DNA of 24,222 bases, taken from contig JANOEP010000028.1 of the NCBI GenBank assembly GCA_031441465.1, positions 1 through 24,222 on the forward strand. The letters are read 5' to 3'. The notes beneath the pieces are model-generated. The model was not told the DNA's origin. It saw only the letters and a list, made by a program, of their open reading frames with translations, and ran no database searches. Source of the DNA: a bacterium (lineage in GTDB: Bacteria; Krumholzibacteriota; Krumholzibacteriia; LZORAL124-64-63). The position numbers and the translations under genes were made by a program. Below are positions 24,126 to 24,222 of this stretch, one piece after another (within the stretch, counting starts at the first letter, position 1; every line of letters begins with the position of its first letter).

Positions 24126-24222
24126 ACGAGGGGCGGGATCGCTGCGGCGGGCGGGCCGGGCGGGGGGGGGCCGCCCGCCCCCCGGGGGGGCGGGGGCCCA
24201 GGGGGGGGGCCGTGGGGCCGCC

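Noticed and set aside
24126..24222. G/C homopolymer-rich tail with possible hairpin or G-quadruplex
   Set aside because: It is low-complexity sequence at the window edge and may be low-quality assembly, so no structure can be supported.

Overview
High-GC bacterial window, probably from an FCB-superphylum lineage such as Krumholzibacteriota, Latescibacterota or Eisenbacteria. That assignment is an inference from the FlgD-Ig/T9SS-like C-terminal domains and a TWxxVKxLFR tail. From left to right: (1) the end of a probable IS21-like element (4 internal ~23-bp repeats, ending TGACA) joined to the 3' remnant of a secreted-protein gene; (2) a TetR-regulated RND efflux operon whose AcrB-type permease and TolC-type outer-membrane factor form one 1468-aa ORF joined by an internal signal peptide; (3) a Ser/Thr-phosphosignalling island with an ECF43-like sigma, a coupled TPR kinase, an FHA gene and its internally deleted duplicate, two large secreted FlgD-Ig proteins and a second TolB-propeller kinase, with a shared TGATCC-N16-GCGC candidate ECF promoter found three times; (4) metG and an atypical SDR; (5) a small operon with an unannotated membrane microprotein whose in-frame TGA is followed by a SECIS-like hairpin (candidate selenoprotein), plus an FmdB zinc-ribbon gene; (6) a CsgG-OmpA fusion. 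The best candidates for new biology are the putative selenoprotein mini-operon, the ECF regulon whose sigma lacks the canonical phospho-Thr, and the RND-TolC polyprotein.
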